Counted from the first letter of the stretch, positions 1 through 10,470 are shown. The stretch is 32,000 nucleotides of DNA from an uncultured Rhodospirillaceae bacterium (GCA_964442655.1 CAYTZM010000005.1:42374-74373), one strand, 5' to 3'. A program made the numbers and translations. The notes: generated by a model not told the origin, from the letters alone.

Positions 1-1857
1 ATCCCCTTGAGAAACTTCATCTCCTTCAGAAACACAAACTTTTACTACTCTTCCTGGCATTGGTGAAATTAAAGATTTTGAAGAATTTTCTTTATTTTTT
101 AGTAACGTCAATCTCTCTAATTCTAATGTATTTTTATTAGTAACTTTTACAAAAATATCAAAACCAGCATGAATTACTTGATAAGCACCTATAATCCTTG
201 AAACCTGCATAACACTAATAACATTATCTATATTAACTTTTAAAATAGGAGAACCATACTGCCAATTTAATAAAACTTCATGCATTTGCTTACCAGACTT
301 AATTTTTAGAACATGCTCATCAGTTTCAACTCTAGAAAGTATTTCAAATTCAAACTCATAATCATTTTTCAATAAACTTACAACCAATTCACCTTTATTC
401 TTTTTATAATCAGTTTTGTTATTTCTTCTTATCTCTAAAACCTCAAGTGATAATACTGTGAGCGCAATCATAAATTCTTTATTAACCGATTTAATATATC
501 CATTATATCCATTGGGGTATTCTTCTTCTATAAACGATGTAGTTATATTCCCTGAAGTAAATTTTTTATTATTGATAACACTATTAACAAAACTAATATT
601 CGTAAATAAACCTTTTATTACAAATCCATCAAGTGCATTACTTAACTTATTGCATGCATCCTGCCTATCTTTTCCGTATGATATCAATTTGGCAATCATA
701 GGATCATAATACATGGAAATTTCTCCACCTTCTTCTACTCCTGAATCTAACCTAATATTATTTTTACCTAAATCAGGTGGTATAAATTTCCTTACTCTTC
801 CTATAGAAGGAGCAAAATTACGTAAGGGATTTTCTGCATATACTCTTGCTTCAATAGACCAACCAACCAAATTCATATTTCTTTGATCTAATCCAAGAGG
901 TTTATGATCGGCAATATTTATCATTTTTTCAACAATATCTATACCTGTAACTAATTCTGTAACTGGATGTTCTACTTGAAGTCTTGTATTCATCTCTAAA
1001 AAATAAAATGATTTATCTCGAGAAGCAACAAACTCAACAGTACCTGCACTTGTATAATTAACCGCCTTTGCAAGACTAACAGCTTGTTCTCCCATTTTTT
1101 TTCTCATCTCATTATCTACCAATGAACTAGGACATTCTTCTATTACTTTCTGATGTCTTCTTTGGATAGAACATTCTCTTTCACCCAGATAAATTATATT
1201 GCCAAAATCATCGGCAAGTATTTGCATTTCTATATGCCTAGGGCTTTCTATAAATTTTTCAATAAAAACTCTATCGTCTCCAAAAGAATTTTTAGCTTCA
1301 TTCTTAGCACTTTGAAAACCAGATTTTAATTCATCTATATTATGAGCTACCCTCATTCCCTTACCACCGCCACCAGCAGTAGCTTTTATCATAACTGGAA
1401 AACTAATTTTTTTTACAGCTTTTAAAGCATCTTTGATGTTTTTTATTGCTCCTTTAGTACCTGGAATTATATTAACTCCAGCTTTTTTTGCTATATGTTT
1501 AGAAGTTATTTTATCTCCCATAGATTTTATAGCGTCCACGGATGGTCCAATAAATTTAATTTTTGCCTTACTTAAAGCTAAACAAAACTCTGGATTTTCT
1601 GATAAAAAACCGTACCCAGGATGCACGGCATCAACTTTTGCAGTTTTTGCTATTTCTATAATCTTACTAATATTCAAATAACTTTTAACACTTTCTGAAG
1701 GCCCCACATTAAAAGATTGATCCATATATTTTATATGAAGAGAATTCTTATCCGCATCTGAATAAATTCCTACTGTTTTTATACCCATATTTTTACATGT
1801 TTTCGCAATCCTACATGCAATTTCGCCTCTATTTGCTATTAGTATCTTTTTAAACAT
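1..1857 (-). CDS. pccA: Propionyl-/acyl-CoA carboxylase alpha subunit (biotin carboxylase plus biotinyl domain); the C-terminal ~40-50 aa are cut off by the window edge
   Basis: This gene is absent from the ORF track because it runs off the window. My own translation of the minus strand from ATG 1857-1855 gives MFKKILIANRGEIACRIAKTCKNMGIKTVGIYSDADKNSLHIKYMDQS...PGYGFLSENPEF...ISMYYDPMIAKLISYGKDRQDACNKL... I translated nt 1-720 and 1561-1857 by hand and saw no stop; the middle stretch was not translated. The frame ends at nt 1 with ...SPMPGRVVKVCVSEGDEVSQGD, which is a biotinyl-domain start just before the expected MKM motif. It lies directly downstream of pccB. Confidence 0.85.
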   Translation of the reverse strand, partial: MFKKILIANRGEIACRIAKTCKNMGIKTVGIYSDADKNSLHIKYMDQSFNVGPSESVKSYLNISKIIEIAKTAKVDAVHPGYGFLSENPEFCLALSKAKIKFIGPSVDAIKSMGDKITSKHIAKKAGVNIIPGTKGAIKNIKDALKAVKKISFPVMIKATAGGGGKGMRVAHNIDELKSGFQSAKNEAKNSFGDDRVFIEKFIESPRHIEMQILADDFGNIIYLGERECSIQRRHQKVIEECPSSLVDNEMRKKMGEQAVSLAKAVNYTSAGTVEFVASRDKSFYFLEMNTRLQVEHPVTELVTGIDIVEKMINIADHKPLGLDQRNMNLVGWSIEARVYAENPLRNFAPSIGRVRKFIPPDLGKNNIRLDSGVEEGGEISMYYDPMIAKLISYGKDRQDACNKLSNALDGFVIKGLFTNISFVNSVINNKKFTSGNITTSFIEEEYPNGYNGYIKSVNKEFMIALTVLSLEVLEIRRNNKTDYKKNKGELVVSLLKNDYEFEFEILSRVETDEHVLKIKSGKQMHEVLLNWQYGSPILKVNIDNVISVMQVSRIIGAYQVIHAGFDIFVKVTNKNTLELERLTLLKNKENSSKSLISPMPGRVVKVCVSEGDEVSQGD

Positions 1858-1879
1858 GAATTATCTCTTTATGTATTAC

Positions 1880-3406
1880 TCATAATGGAATATTTCCATG
1901 TTTTTTCTTAGGATTTGATAACTGTTTTGATTTTAATAATTCTAAAGCTAATGCAATCCTATACCTTGAATTATGTGGAGCAATAATATCATCTATATAG
2001 CCTCTTGAAGCTGCTATAAAAGGATTAGAAAATTTTTCTTGATATTGTTTTGTTTGTTTTTCAATTTCTTTTTTATTTGAACCTCTAAAAATTATTTCTA
2101 CTGCACCTTTTGAACCCATTACGGCAATTTCTGCTGTAGGCCATGCTAAGTTAATATCACCTCTCAAATGTTTAGAAGCCATAACATCATAAGCACCTCC
2201 ATAAGCCTTACGAGTAATTAAAGTAATTTTAGGTACAGTAGCTTCCGCAAAAGCATATAAAAGTTTTGCCCCATGTTTAATAATTGCTCCATATTCTTGA
2301 GATATTCCTGGGAGAAATCCAGGAACGTCAACCAATGTTACTAACGGAATATTAAAACTATCACAAAAACGAACAAACCTAGCCCCTTTCCTTGAAGAAT
2401 CTATATCTAAACATCCAGCTAACACCATAGGCTGATTAGCAACTATTCCTATAGTTCTTCCATCAACCCTACCAAATCCTATAATTAAATTCTGCGCAAA
2501 ATTAGGTTGTATTTCAAAAAAATCTTCTTCATCAATTATTGTCAGTATTAATTCTTTTATATCATAAGGCTTGTTAGCGTTATTTGGAATTAAAGCATCC
2601 AAATTAAATCCTTTTCTAGAAATAGGATCATTCGTATATTTTTTCGGAATTTTCCCGACATTAGATAAAGGCAAAAAGTCAATTAACCTTCTAGTCTGCT
2701 CTAGCAACATAATATCATCAGGAAAAGATAAATCAGCTACCCCTGACTTCTTTGTATGAGTATTGGCACCTCCCAATTCCTCAGCGCTAACAGTTTCATG
2801 AGTAACTGTTTTGACAACATCTGGTCCCGTTACAAACATATATGAAGAATCTTCTACCATAAATATAAAGTCCGTTATGGCTGGAGAATAAACTGCACCT
2901 CCAGCACATGGTCCCATAACTAGTGAAATCTGAGGAATAAAACCTGATGCCAAAACATTTCTCTGAAAAACTTCAGCATAACCTCCTAATGAAGCTACAC
3001 CTTCTTGTATACGAGCCCCTCCAGAATCGTTTAAACCAATAACTGGACATCCAATTTTCATAGCTTGATCTAATATTTTACAAATTTTTTCTGCATGTGC
3101 TTCACTTAAAGACCCTCCATAAACAGTAAAATCTTGACTATAAATCATAACAGAACGACCATTTATCTTACAAGTTCCAGTTACAACTCCATCGCCTGGA
3201 ATTTTATTCTTTTTCATACCAAAATCATTAGATCTATGTTCAACAAACATATCATATTCAATAAATGAATCTTTATCTGCAAATACTTCTATTCTCTCTC
3301 TAGCACTTAACTTTCCTTTATCATGCTGTGCTTTCAGTCTTTTCTTGCCTCCTGATTGCTTTGCCTTATTTTTTCTGTTTTTGAGTTCTTCTAATATATT
3401 TTTCAA
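1880..3406 (-). CDS. pccB: Propionyl-CoA carboxylase beta subunit (carboxyltransferase)
   Basis: This 508-aa ORF shows hallmarks of the acyl-CoA carboxyltransferase family ([11 protein letters not shown]..., [27 protein letters not shown]). The start is TTG at 3406-3404, preceded by GAGGG about 9 nt upstream. No in-frame ATG occurs until residue 52. Confidence 0.9.
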   Translation of the reverse strand: MKNILEELKNRKNKAKQSGGKKRLKAQHDKGKLSARERIEVFADKDSFIEYDMFVEHRSNDFGMKKNKIPGDGVVTGTCKINGRSVMIYSQDFTVYGGSLSEAHAEKICKILDQAMKIGCPVIGLNDSGGARIQEGVASLGGYAEVFQRNVLASGFIPQISLVMGPCAGGAVYSPAITDFIFMVEDSSYMFVTGPDVVKTVTHETVSAEELGGANTHTKKSGVADLSFPDDIMLLEQTRRLIDFLPLSNVGKIPKKYTNDPISRKGFNLDALIPNNANKPYDIKELILTIIDEEDFFEIQPNFAQNLIIGFGRVDGRTIGIVANQPMVLAGCLDIDSSRKGARFVRFCDSFNIPLVTLVDVPGFLPGISQEYGAIIKHGAKLLYAFAEATVPKITLITRKAYGGAYDVMASKHLRGDINLAWPTAEIAVMGSKGAVEIIFRGSNKKEIEKQTKQYQEKFSNPFIAASRGYIDDIIAPHNSRYRIALALELLKSKQLSNPKKKHGNIPL

Positions 3407-3432
3407 TTAAATTTTCCCTCGAATAAATATTT

Positions 3433-4125
3433 TTAATCCTTGATTGCAACAAAGTAATCTTTAACACTTTTTATATCAAGTTTTATTGAATCAAGTCTAT
3501 CAAAAGCCTCTTTATCTTTTCCCCAAAGTGAAGCTTGATATAACTCTTCCAAAAAAGAAAGTTTGAAAGCTATATTGGCAGAAATTTTAGACTCAAACAG
3601 AGCAAGTGGAATAATTAAAGAATTAGTTAATTTAATTAACGTGATCAAAGCAGATAATTCAAAAATATTATATTTATTAATTAAATTAGTAAGATTTTCT
3701 ATATCTTTCTTATTTTGTTGCGCTAACTTTAAATTTGAAGAATGTTTAATATCAAGCTTATAAAATTTCTTCATCCATATTATTAAAGGCATCCATAATT
3801 TTTTTTGCTCTTTATATAAATCTTCTTGATCTAATGCGAAAAAACAAATTGTGTCAGAATGTATGCTATTTACTATATTACTTATATATTCCTTTTTATT
3901 TCTGGATATTTGATCAATAGCTGTATTTGTAATTTTTAAAGCTGACACCTGTTTATCATCTTTACCCTTTTTTATATCTTTAACAATAATATCAGCCATA
4001 TTATTAGTAGGAATTTTAAGGATATTACCCGCCGGAGTCATAATTTGTTTTTGATTTATAAGAATTTCATAGATGTTATCTATCTCTTTAACAATTTTAT
4101 ATTTTATTTTAACATTTTTAATCAT
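3433..4125 (-). CDS. ATP12-family protein (homologue of the F1-ATPase assembly chaperone ATPAF2/Atp12)
   Basis: This 230-aa ORF has a pattern that aligns by eye with the ATP12 family: TPAGNILKIPTNNMADII, TNTAIDQI, SDTICFFA, W.PLI.W, LT.S.I..LAL, LEE.YQ..LWG.D.EA. The sequence is highly diverged and AT-biased. Confidence 0.7.
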   Translation of the reverse strand: MIKNVKIKYKIVKEIDNIYEILINQKQIMTPAGNILKIPTNNMADIIVKDIKKGKDDKQVSALKITNTAIDQISRNKKEYISNIVNSIHSDTICFFALDQEDLYKEQKKLWMPLIIWMKKFYKLDIKHSSNLKLAQQNKKDIENLTNLINKYNIFELSALITLIKLTNSLIIPLALFESKISANIAFKLSFLEELYQASLWGKDKEAFDRLDSIKLDIKSVKDYFVAIKD

Positions 4126-4138
4126 ATTAACCTTGTTA

Positions 4139-5116
4139 TTAATTAGAAATATACTTATCCAAATTTAACAATTTAAAAATTATTTCCATGCGTTCAGGTA
4201 TAGGAGCTACAATACTCGTTGTTATACCTTCTTCATCTGGAATATTTATTTGTCTTGCATGTAACTGCATTTCTAAAGGAAAATCTTTTACTAAAATTAA
4301 GTTATAATTTTTTCTTAAATTATATTTTTTATCACCATAAATGTAACAGCCCACTTGAGCACAATGAGCTCTGATTTGATGTTTTCTTCCTGTTTCTGGA
4401 TTAAACTCAACTAAACTTAATTTAACCCCTTTATACAAACCTTTCCATAATACATTATACTTTGTTATAGCCTCTTTACCTTTAGATTGAAATGAAGTTA
4501 GCTCATAACCTTTATTACTTATTTTTTCTAATGGAATATTTATAGATCCAATTCTTTTAGGCATATATCCAACAACTAAAGCCCAATAAGTTTTCTTTAT
4601 ATTTCTATTTCTAAATTCAAATCCAAGCCTTTTTGTTGTAGCAGGATTACGAGACAGTATTAATACTCCAGTTGTTTCTTTATCTAACCTATGTAACAAT
4701 TGAGGCCTATATGGAGAATCAAAACGTAAGTAATCTAATTTTTCATCAATATGATTATTTATTTTTGATCCGCCTTGAACAGCTATACCGGATGGCTTAT
4801 TAATAGCTAAAATTTCTTTATCTTTATATATAATATTCTTATTGATAAAATTTTGCCAAAATTTATTAAGAGGCTTATAAACTGCATATTTATTTTTATT
4901 ATTATTTCTATAAATTCTTGGAATTCTAACTTGGTTTCCTAATAAAATACGTTTTGCACCAGTAACTTTTTTACCATCTAACTTTATTTGTCCTGTACGT
5001 AATAATTTTTGAATTGATATAAAATTTAATTTTTTACAGTGAATAGCTATAAATCTATCAAGCCTTTGACCAACTTCTTCTTCTTTAACTTCAATAATAT
5101 CATTTATCCATGACAT
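4139..5116 (-). CDS. RluA-family 23S rRNA pseudouridine synthase (RluC/RluD-like) with an N-terminal S4 domain
   Basis: This 325-aa ORF has an S4-like N-terminus (QRLDRFIA...IQKLLRTGQIKLDGKKV) and the catalytic motif HRLDKETTGVLILS, followed by downstream RKHQIRAH. Confidence 0.85.
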   Translation of the reverse strand: MSWINDIIEVKEEEVGQRLDRFIAIHCKKLNFISIQKLLRTGQIKLDGKKVTGAKRILLGNQVRIPRIYRNNNKNKYAVYKPLNKFWQNFINKNIIYKDKEILAINKPSGIAVQGGSKINNHIDEKLDYLRFDSPYRPQLLHRLDKETTGVLILSRNPATTKRLGFEFRNRNIKKTYWALVVGYMPKRIGSINIPLEKISNKGYELTSFQSKGKEAITKYNVLWKGLYKGVKLSLVEFNPETGRKHQIRAHCAQVGCYIYGDKKYNLRKNYNLILVKDFPLEMQLHARQINIPDEEGITTSIVAPIPERMEIIFKLLNLDKYISN

Positions 5117-5121
5117 AATTT

Positions 5122-5499
5122 TTAACCGAACATTTTATAAAAATTTATTCCTAAAACTAACCCTGTAACAGATAAAAAAACAGATAATATAATAAAAATA
5201 GCAGCAGTACTATAATTTCCTTTTTCTATCATTAAGTACGCTTCTAAGGAAAAAGCTGAAAATGTAGTAAAAGAACCTAAAATTCCTATTTCAATAAGAG
5301 ATTTTATATTTTCAGATAAAAAATTATCTTTTGAAATATATACATATAGAAAACCTAAAACCATTGATCCTAATATATTACATATTAATATTCCATAAGG
5401 AAAATTGCTTTCTGATAAGGAATCTACATTCTTAGATAAAAAATATCTTGCTAAGGCTCCTATTGCACCACCAGATGCTATTGATAAAAGTATTTGCAT
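5122..5499 (-). CDS. crcB: Fluoride ion channel CrcB/Fluc
   Basis: This 125-aa four-TM protein carries the CrcB signatures GGAIGALARY and GSFTTFSAFSLE. Only 5 nt separate it from the downstream pseudouridine synthase gene. Confidence 0.85.
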   Translation of the reverse strand: MQILLSIASGGAIGALARYFLSKNVDSLSESNFPYGILICNILGSMVLGFLYVYISKDNFLSENIKSLIEIGILGSFTTFSAFSLEAYLMIEKGNYSTAAIFIILSVFLSVTGLVLGINFYKMFG

Positions 5500-5566
5500 A
5501 AACCATATAACCTCAACTAAATACTAATATAATACATAACTTTAAATATTAAGGAAATTAGAAATA

Positions 5567-5998
5567 TTACTTGTCTTCAGATTCTGTATTTTCTTCTTTC
5601 TTTTCTTGAACAGGTCCGCTATCTAAACCTTTGGCTTCAAGATTTCTATCTACTAATTCTATATATGCCATAGGAGCATTATCACCATATCTATTTGAAT
5701 CTTTTATAATACGAGTATATCCACCATTCCTTTTTGCATATCTCTCTGCTATTTCACCAAATAATTTATCAATTTGTGCATCAGGAGACATTCTTGCTAT
5801 AGCAAACCTTCTAGCATGTAAACTTCCTTTTTTACCTAATGTTATTAATTTTTCAACCATAGGTCTCAATTCCTTAGCTTTAGCTAGAGTAGTTCTAATT
5901 TGTTCATGTTTTATTAAAGCAGATGACATATTAGCAAACATTGCTTTCCTGTGAGAGCTAGTTCTATTTAATTTCCTATGTGCTAATTTATGTCTCAT
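5567..5998 (-). CDS. rplQ: 50S ribosomal protein L17
   Basis: The N-terminus [24 protein letters not shown] and the position after rpoA identify it. It has an acidic tail ...[13 protein letters not shown]. Confidence 0.95.
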   Translation of the reverse strand: MRHKLAHRKLNRTSSHRKAMFANMSSALIKHEQIRTTLAKAKELRPMVEKLITLGKKGSLHARRFAIARMSPDAQIDKLFGEIAERYAKRNGGYTRIIKDSNRYGDNAPMAYIELVDRNLEAKGLDSGPVQEKKEENTESEDK

Positions 5999-6023
5999 AA
6001 TATCACCTTTAATTTAATACTAA

Positions 6024-7040
6024 TTAAAAATGGTCATCAATCTTTTTTGCTAATTGTTCAATATTTTCTGGAGGCCATTCAGGAATCATTTGCCCTAAAT
6101 TAAGTCCCATATTAGTCAAAACTTCTTTTATCTCATTCAAAGATTTTCTACCAAAATTTGGTGTTCTAAGCATTTCAGATTCAGATTTCTGAACTAAATC
6201 TCCTATATAAACTATATTATCATTTTTTAAACAATTAGCTGAACGAACTGAAAGTTCTAATTCCTCTACTTTTCTTAAAAGATGAGGATTCATTAAAGAT
6301 TCTGGAGTAGGTTCTTCTTCTACTACCTCTGGTTGTGGATCTTCAAAATTTACAAATTTACCTAATTGCTCCATTAATATTCTTGCAGATAAAGCAGTAG
6401 CATCTTCAGGCGTAATAGTACCATCAGTCTCTATATCCATAACTAAGCGGTCATAATCTGTATCTTGTCCAACTCTAGAATTTTCTATTTTATAAGTTAC
6501 TGTTTTAATAGGACTAAATATTGCATCAATAGGTATTAAACCAATTGAAGCATCTTCAGGTTTATTTTTAGTTGCAGGCTGATAACCTCTTCCTGTACCT
6601 ATAATAAAATCCATATTTAATTTTGCGTCTTTATCAAGATGACATAATACTAGATCTGGATTTTTAATCTCTACATTCGCATTGCTTTGAATCATTCCTG
6701 CAGTTACTTCACAAGGCCCTTTAGCTTCTAAAGAAACTGTTGTTATCCCTTCTATAAAAGATTTTACAGAAATATTTTTTATATTTAAGATTATATCTAC
6801 AACATCTTCTCTTACACCTGCAATAGAAGAAAACTCATGAAGTACATCTTCTATTTTTATAGCCGTAACTGCCGCTCCTTGAAGAGATGATAATAATACT
6901 CTTCTTAAAGAATTTCCTAATGTGAGGCCATAACCTCTCTCAATAGGTTCCGCAATGACAGTACCTTGCACTTCTCCATCTTTTGCAGTTATTACTACAT
7001 TAGAAGGTTTTATTAAATCATTCCAATTTTTTTCTATCAC
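6024..7040 (-). CDS. rpoA: DNA-directed RNA polymerase alpha subunit
   Basis: This 338-aa protein starts [12 protein letters not shown], like the alphaproteobacterial MIQKNW... It has an alpha-CTD ([23 protein letters not shown]). The start is GTG at 7040-7038 with AAGGAA 7 nt upstream. Confidence 0.95.
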   Translation of the reverse strand: MIEKNWNDLIKPSNVVITAKDGEVQGTVIAEPIERGYGLTLGNSLRRVLLSSLQGAAVTAIKIEDVLHEFSSIAGVREDVVDIILNIKNISVKSFIEGITTVSLEAKGPCEVTAGMIQSNANVEIKNPDLVLCHLDKDAKLNMDFIIGTGRGYQPATKNKPEDASIGLIPIDAIFSPIKTVTYKIENSRVGQDTDYDRLVMDIETDGTITPEDATALSARILMEQLGKFVNFEDPQPEVVEEEPTPESLMNPHLLRKVEELELSVRSANCLKNDNIVYIGDLVQKSESEMLRTPNFGRKSLNEIKEVLTNMGLNLGQMIPEWPPENIEQLAKKIDDHF

Positions 7041-7097
7041 TGTAAGTTCCTTAATTTAAATTATTATAAAGATTAAAACAATCAACTATTTTTAATT

Positions 7098-7484
7098 TTA
7101 CACTCTTCTTCTTTTTGGAGGTCTACATCCATTGTGAGGTATAGGAGTAACATCTTTTATAGTTGTCACAGTAAAGCCTATTGTTTGCAAAGCTCTAAGA
7201 GCAGATTCTCTTCCTGCTCCAGGACCACTAACTTCAACCTCCAATACCTTTAAACCATGTTCTTGAGCTTTTTTTCCTGCATCTTCCGCAGCAAGCTGTG
7301 CAGCAAAAGGAGTTGATTTTCTTGAACCTTTAAAACCTTGTGTACCAGCCGACGACCAAGCAACTGTATTTCCTTGATGGTCTGTTATAGTAATAATTGT
7401 ATTATTAAAAGTAGAATTCACATGTGCTACACCAGATGTAATATTTTTCTTTTCTTTTTTTCTCTTAGTTTCTTTTACAGCCAT
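7098..7484 (-). CDS. rpsK: 30S ribosomal protein S11
   Basis: The motifs [14 protein letters not shown] and the C-terminal [13 protein letters not shown], plus synteny, identify it. Confidence 0.95.
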   Translation of the reverse strand: MAVKETKRKKEKKNITSGVAHVNSTFNNTIITITDHQGNTVAWSSAGTQGFKGSRKSTPFAAQLAAEDAGKKAQEHGLKVLEVEVSGPGAGRESALRALQTIGFTVTTIKDVTPIPHNGCRPPKRRRV

Positions 7485-7504
7485 AATCTATCCTCTGTAA
7501 TTAT

Positions 7505-7873
7505 TTAAACAGTTTTTTTATTAGCAATTGCCATATTTCTTCCTTTACGGGTTCTAGCATTAGTTTTTGTTCTTTGACCCCTAACTGGCAAACCTTTTCT
7601 ATGTCTTATCCCTCTGTAACAACCAGAGTCTCTTAATCTCTTTATATTCATTGAAATTGAACTTCTTAAATCTCCCTCAAGACTCATTTTAGCAGTTAAA
7701 TTACGAATTTTATCTAATTCAACTTCAGTTAATTCATTCACTCTTCTAGATTTAGGCACACCTGCTTCCTCAATTAATTTAGAAGCAGTAGTTCTGCCAA
7801 TTCCATAAATATAGGTTAAAGCAATTTCCACTCTTTTACCTGTAGGAACATTTACTCCTGAAATTCTTGCCAA
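7505..7873 (-). CDS. rpsM: 30S ribosomal protein S13
   Basis: The motifs [10 protein letters not shown] and [18 protein letters not shown] identify it. The start codon is TTG (7873-7871), preceded by a perfect AGGAGG 5 nt upstream. Confidence 0.95.
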   Translation of the reverse strand: MARISGVNVPTGKRVEIALTYIYGIGRTTASKLIEEAGVPKSRRVNELTEVELDKIRNLTAKMSLEGDLRSSISMNIKRLRDSGCYRGIRHRKGLPVRGQRTKTNARTRKGRNMAIANKKTV

Positions 7874-7922
7874 TATAACCTCCTATTTAACATAATTACG
7901 TTGAATTAACTCAAGATTGGCG

Positions 7923-7950
7923 ATTATATTCGCCTTTACGAACAAGTCAA
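7923..7950 (-). promoter_or_regulatory. Candidate internal sigma70-type promoter for rpsM-rpsK-rpoA-rplQ: TTGACT-16 nt-TATAAT followed by the discriminator CGCC
   Basis: On the minus strand, -35 is TTGACT (7950-7945), the spacer is 16 nt, and -10 is TATAAT (7928-7923). It sits in the 88-nt adk-rpsM spacer, which is the only sizeable spacer inside the r-protein run. A perfect AGGAGG SD follows downstream. Confidence 0.55.
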
Positions 7951-7961
7951 CGATAACTGTC

Positions 7962-8609
7962 TCATTTTTTAATAATTTTATCAATATCTTCGGAAACATC
8001 ACTTATACTCGCTAAACCATCTATTGAAAATAATATATTTTTATCTCTATAATATGGCAAAATCGGTAATGTTTCTTCATTATATGCTAATAACCTTTTC
8101 GAAGCTGTATCTTTATTGTCATCCTTTCTTTTAATAAATTTTTCTCCTCCACAATGATCACATAAACCTTCTTTTTTAGGTACCAATGTTAAATCATTAT
8201 ATCCTGCTCCACATATTTTACAGGAAAATCTACTTGAAATTCTATCTATAAGGATTGCATCATCAACAGAAAATTCTATAACAACATCTACATTTAAATT
8301 TAAGTTATACAACATTATATCAAATGCTCTTGCTTGTGATAAAGTTCTAGGAAAACCATCTAATATACAACCTTCTTTACAATCATTATGCGTAATACGT
8401 TCCTTTATTATATTTATTACTATTTCATCTGAAACTAATTTTCCTTCTTCCATAAGTTTTGAAGCTTTCTTACCTGTTTCTGTCTGATTTTTTACAGCTT
8501 CTCTTAACATATCTCCTGTGGATAAATGTGGATATGAATATTTTTTTTTTATTATTGCAGCTTGTGTTCCTTTTCCACAACCAGGAGGACCAAATAATAC
8601 AATAATCAT
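7962..8609 (-). CDS. adk: Adenylate kinase (Cys4 zinc-type lid)
   Basis: It has the P-loop GPPGCGKGTQ and a lid motif CKIC-x16-CDHC. Its ATG immediately abuts the secY stop (TAG 8612-8610). Confidence 0.95.
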   Translation of the reverse strand: MIIVLFGPPGCGKGTQAAIIKKKYSYPHLSTGDMLREAVKNQTETGKKASKLMEEGKLVSDEIVINIIKERITHNDCKEGCILDGFPRTLSQARAFDIMLYNLNLNVDVVIEFSVDDAILIDRISSRFSCKICGAGYNDLTLVPKKEGLCDHCGGEKFIKRKDDNKDTASKRLLAYNEETLPILPYYRDKNILFSIDGLASISDVSEDIDKIIKK

Positions 8610-9953
8610 CTACATTCTTCCTCTTAACTTAGATTTTTTTATTAAACCTTCATATTGTTGTGCAATCAAATGAGAATGAATTTGAGCTACAGTATCCATA
8701 GTGACGTTTACAACAATCAATAAACTAGTCCCTCCAAAATAAAAAGGTACGGCATATTTAGCTATAAGTAATTCTGGTAAGATACATACTAAACTAAGAT
8801 ACAAAGCACCAACTACCGTTAAGCGAGTTAATACGTAATCTATGTAAGTAGCTGTATTTTCGCCTGGCCTAATTCCTGGAATAAATCCACCATTATTTTT
8901 TAAATTATCCGCCGTATCTTCTGGATTAAAAACTATAGAAGTATAAAAAAAAGCAAAAAACATTATTGCTGCTACATATAAAGCCATATACAAAGGTTGT
9001 CCCCTTCCAAGCAGTGCAGTTATATCTAAAAGCCAACTTGGACCACCAGATCCCGCATTAAAACTCATAGCTGTAACAGGTAATAATAAAATTGAAGACG
9101 CAAATATGGGAGGGATTACTCCCGCTGTATTTATTTTCAATGGTAAATGACTACTATCTCCTTGAAATATCTTCATTCCAACTTGTCTTTTTGGGTACTG
9201 TATAAGCAACCTTCTTTGTGCTCTTTCAACAAATACGATAAAAGCAATTACAAGAACCGCCATGACTAATAATAAAATGATAAATAATCCAGACAAAGCA
9301 CCTGTTTTACCAAGCTCTAAAGTAGAAACCAAAGCGACAGGTAAATTAGCAACAATTCCTGCCATAATAATTAAAGAAATACCGTTACCTATACCTCTTG
9401 CTGTTATTTGTTCACCTAACCACATTAAAAATATAGTTCCACTTGTTAATGAAATGACCGTAGTAAATTTAAAAAAGAACCCAGGATTTAAAACTGCTGG
9501 ACCTGAAGAGGAAGTTAAATTTTCTAATCCACTAGCTATACCTAATGCTTGTACAGCAGCTAAGAGTACCGTTCCATAACGTGTATATTGAATTATTTTT
9601 TTTCTTCCTGTCTCTCCATCTTTTTTTAAAGTAGCTAAATGAGGAGAAACAGTAGTCATTAATTGTATAATAATTGAAGCTGAAATATATGGCATAATAT
9701 TTAAAGCAAAAATAGTCATTCTGCTTAAAGCACCACCTGAAAACATATCAAACATACCAATAATACCACCAGCATTTTGCTGAAAAATATCATCTAATAC
9801 CTGCGAATCTATTCCTGGTAATGGAATATATGTACCCAATCTATAAACAATTAAAGCTATCAAAGTAAACCAAATTTTTTTCTTCAGTTCCTTCGCTTTT
9901 GCCAAAGCTCCAAAATTTACAGATGCGGCCAATTGTTCAGCAGCAGAAGCCAT
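8610..9953 (-). CDS. secY: Preprotein translocase subunit SecY
   Basis: This 447-aa polytopic membrane protein has a typical SecY N-terminus and sits in the canonical position after rplO. Confidence 0.95.
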   Translation of the reverse strand: MASAAEQLAASVNFGALAKAKELKKKIWFTLIALIVYRLGTYIPLPGIDSQVLDDIFQQNAGGIIGMFDMFSGGALSRMTIFALNIMPYISASIIIQLMTTVSPHLATLKKDGETGRKKIIQYTRYGTVLLAAVQALGIASGLENLTSSSGPAVLNPGFFFKFTTVISLTSGTIFLMWLGEQITARGIGNGISLIIMAGIVANLPVALVSTLELGKTGALSGLFIILLLVMAVLVIAFIVFVERAQRRLLIQYPKRQVGMKIFQGDSSHLPLKINTAGVIPPIFASSILLLPVTAMSFNAGSGGPSWLLDITALLGRGQPLYMALYVAAIMFFAFFYTSIVFNPEDTADNLKNNGGFIPGIRPGENTATYIDYVLTRLTVVGALYLSLVCILPELLIAKYAVPFYFGGTSLLIVVNVTMDTVAQIHSHLIAQQYEGLIKKSKLRGRM

Positions 9954-9969
9954 ATTTTATTCCTTAAAA

Positions 9970-10470
9970 TTATTTACTAACATCAATATTTTTATTATTA
10001 TCCTTATTTTCTTTTTTAATAATAGCAACGCTTCCACCCTGTTTTTCAATAATTTTAACAGCTCTTTTTGAAGCAGCAGAAACTTCAATATTAATTTTAC
10101 TTTTTAATGAACCGTTACCTAACAATTTTATTCCATCTTTTAATTTAGATACTACTCCACTTTCTAACAATAACTGAGCATTTACATTACTCTTTATACT
10201 CAGTTTACTTGAATCTATAAAATCCTGAATAGTTCCTATATTAACTATAGAGTAATTCTTTCTAAAAATATTATTAAAACCATGTTTAGGTAATCTTCTA
10301 TGAAGAGGCATCTGACCTCCTTCAAAACCTTTTATGGACACTCCTGACCTTGATTTTTGGCCTTTATGTCCTTTTCCTGATGTTTTACCCGTTCCAGATC
10401 CTATACCTCTTCCAACTCTTTTTCTTACTTTTCTAGCGCTAGCATTATCTGTTAAATTATTTAACCTCAT
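9970..10470 (-). CDS. rplO: 50S ribosomal protein L15
   Basis: The motif [24 protein letters not shown] identifies it. I moved the start to the second ATG (MRLNNL...), because GGAGAA lies 6 nt upstream of it. The ORF-track start at 10482 would destroy that SD. Confidence 0.93.
   Translation of the reverse strand: MRLNNLTDNASARKVRKRVGRGIGSGTGKTSGKGHKGQKSRSGVSIKGFEGGQMPLHRRLPKHGFNNIFRKNYSIVNIGTIQDFIDSSKLSIKSNVNAQLLLESGVVSKLKDGIKLLGNGSLKSKINIEVSAASKRAVKIIEKQGGSVAIIKKENKDNNKNIDVSK

Noticed and set aside
5500-5566. A fluoride riboswitch upstream of crcB.
   Set aside because: The 67-nt spacer is almost entirely A/T. It lacks the conserved GC-containing core and pseudoknot segments of the crcB motif. 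This was judged by eye only, so a covariance-model scan would be decisive.
7919-7934. The hairpin GGCGA-n6-TCGCC interpreted as an adk terminator.
   Set aside because: The stem is only 5 bp and is not followed by a U-tract on the minus strand. It overlaps the -10 of the better-supported rpsM promoter.
8541-8550. An A10/T10 homopolymer inside adk (codons I-K-K-K) interpreted as a slipped-strand phase-variation site.
   Set aside because: Runs of AAA lysine codons are expected at this AT content. adk is essential and the frame is intact. Nothing else suggests contingency behaviour.
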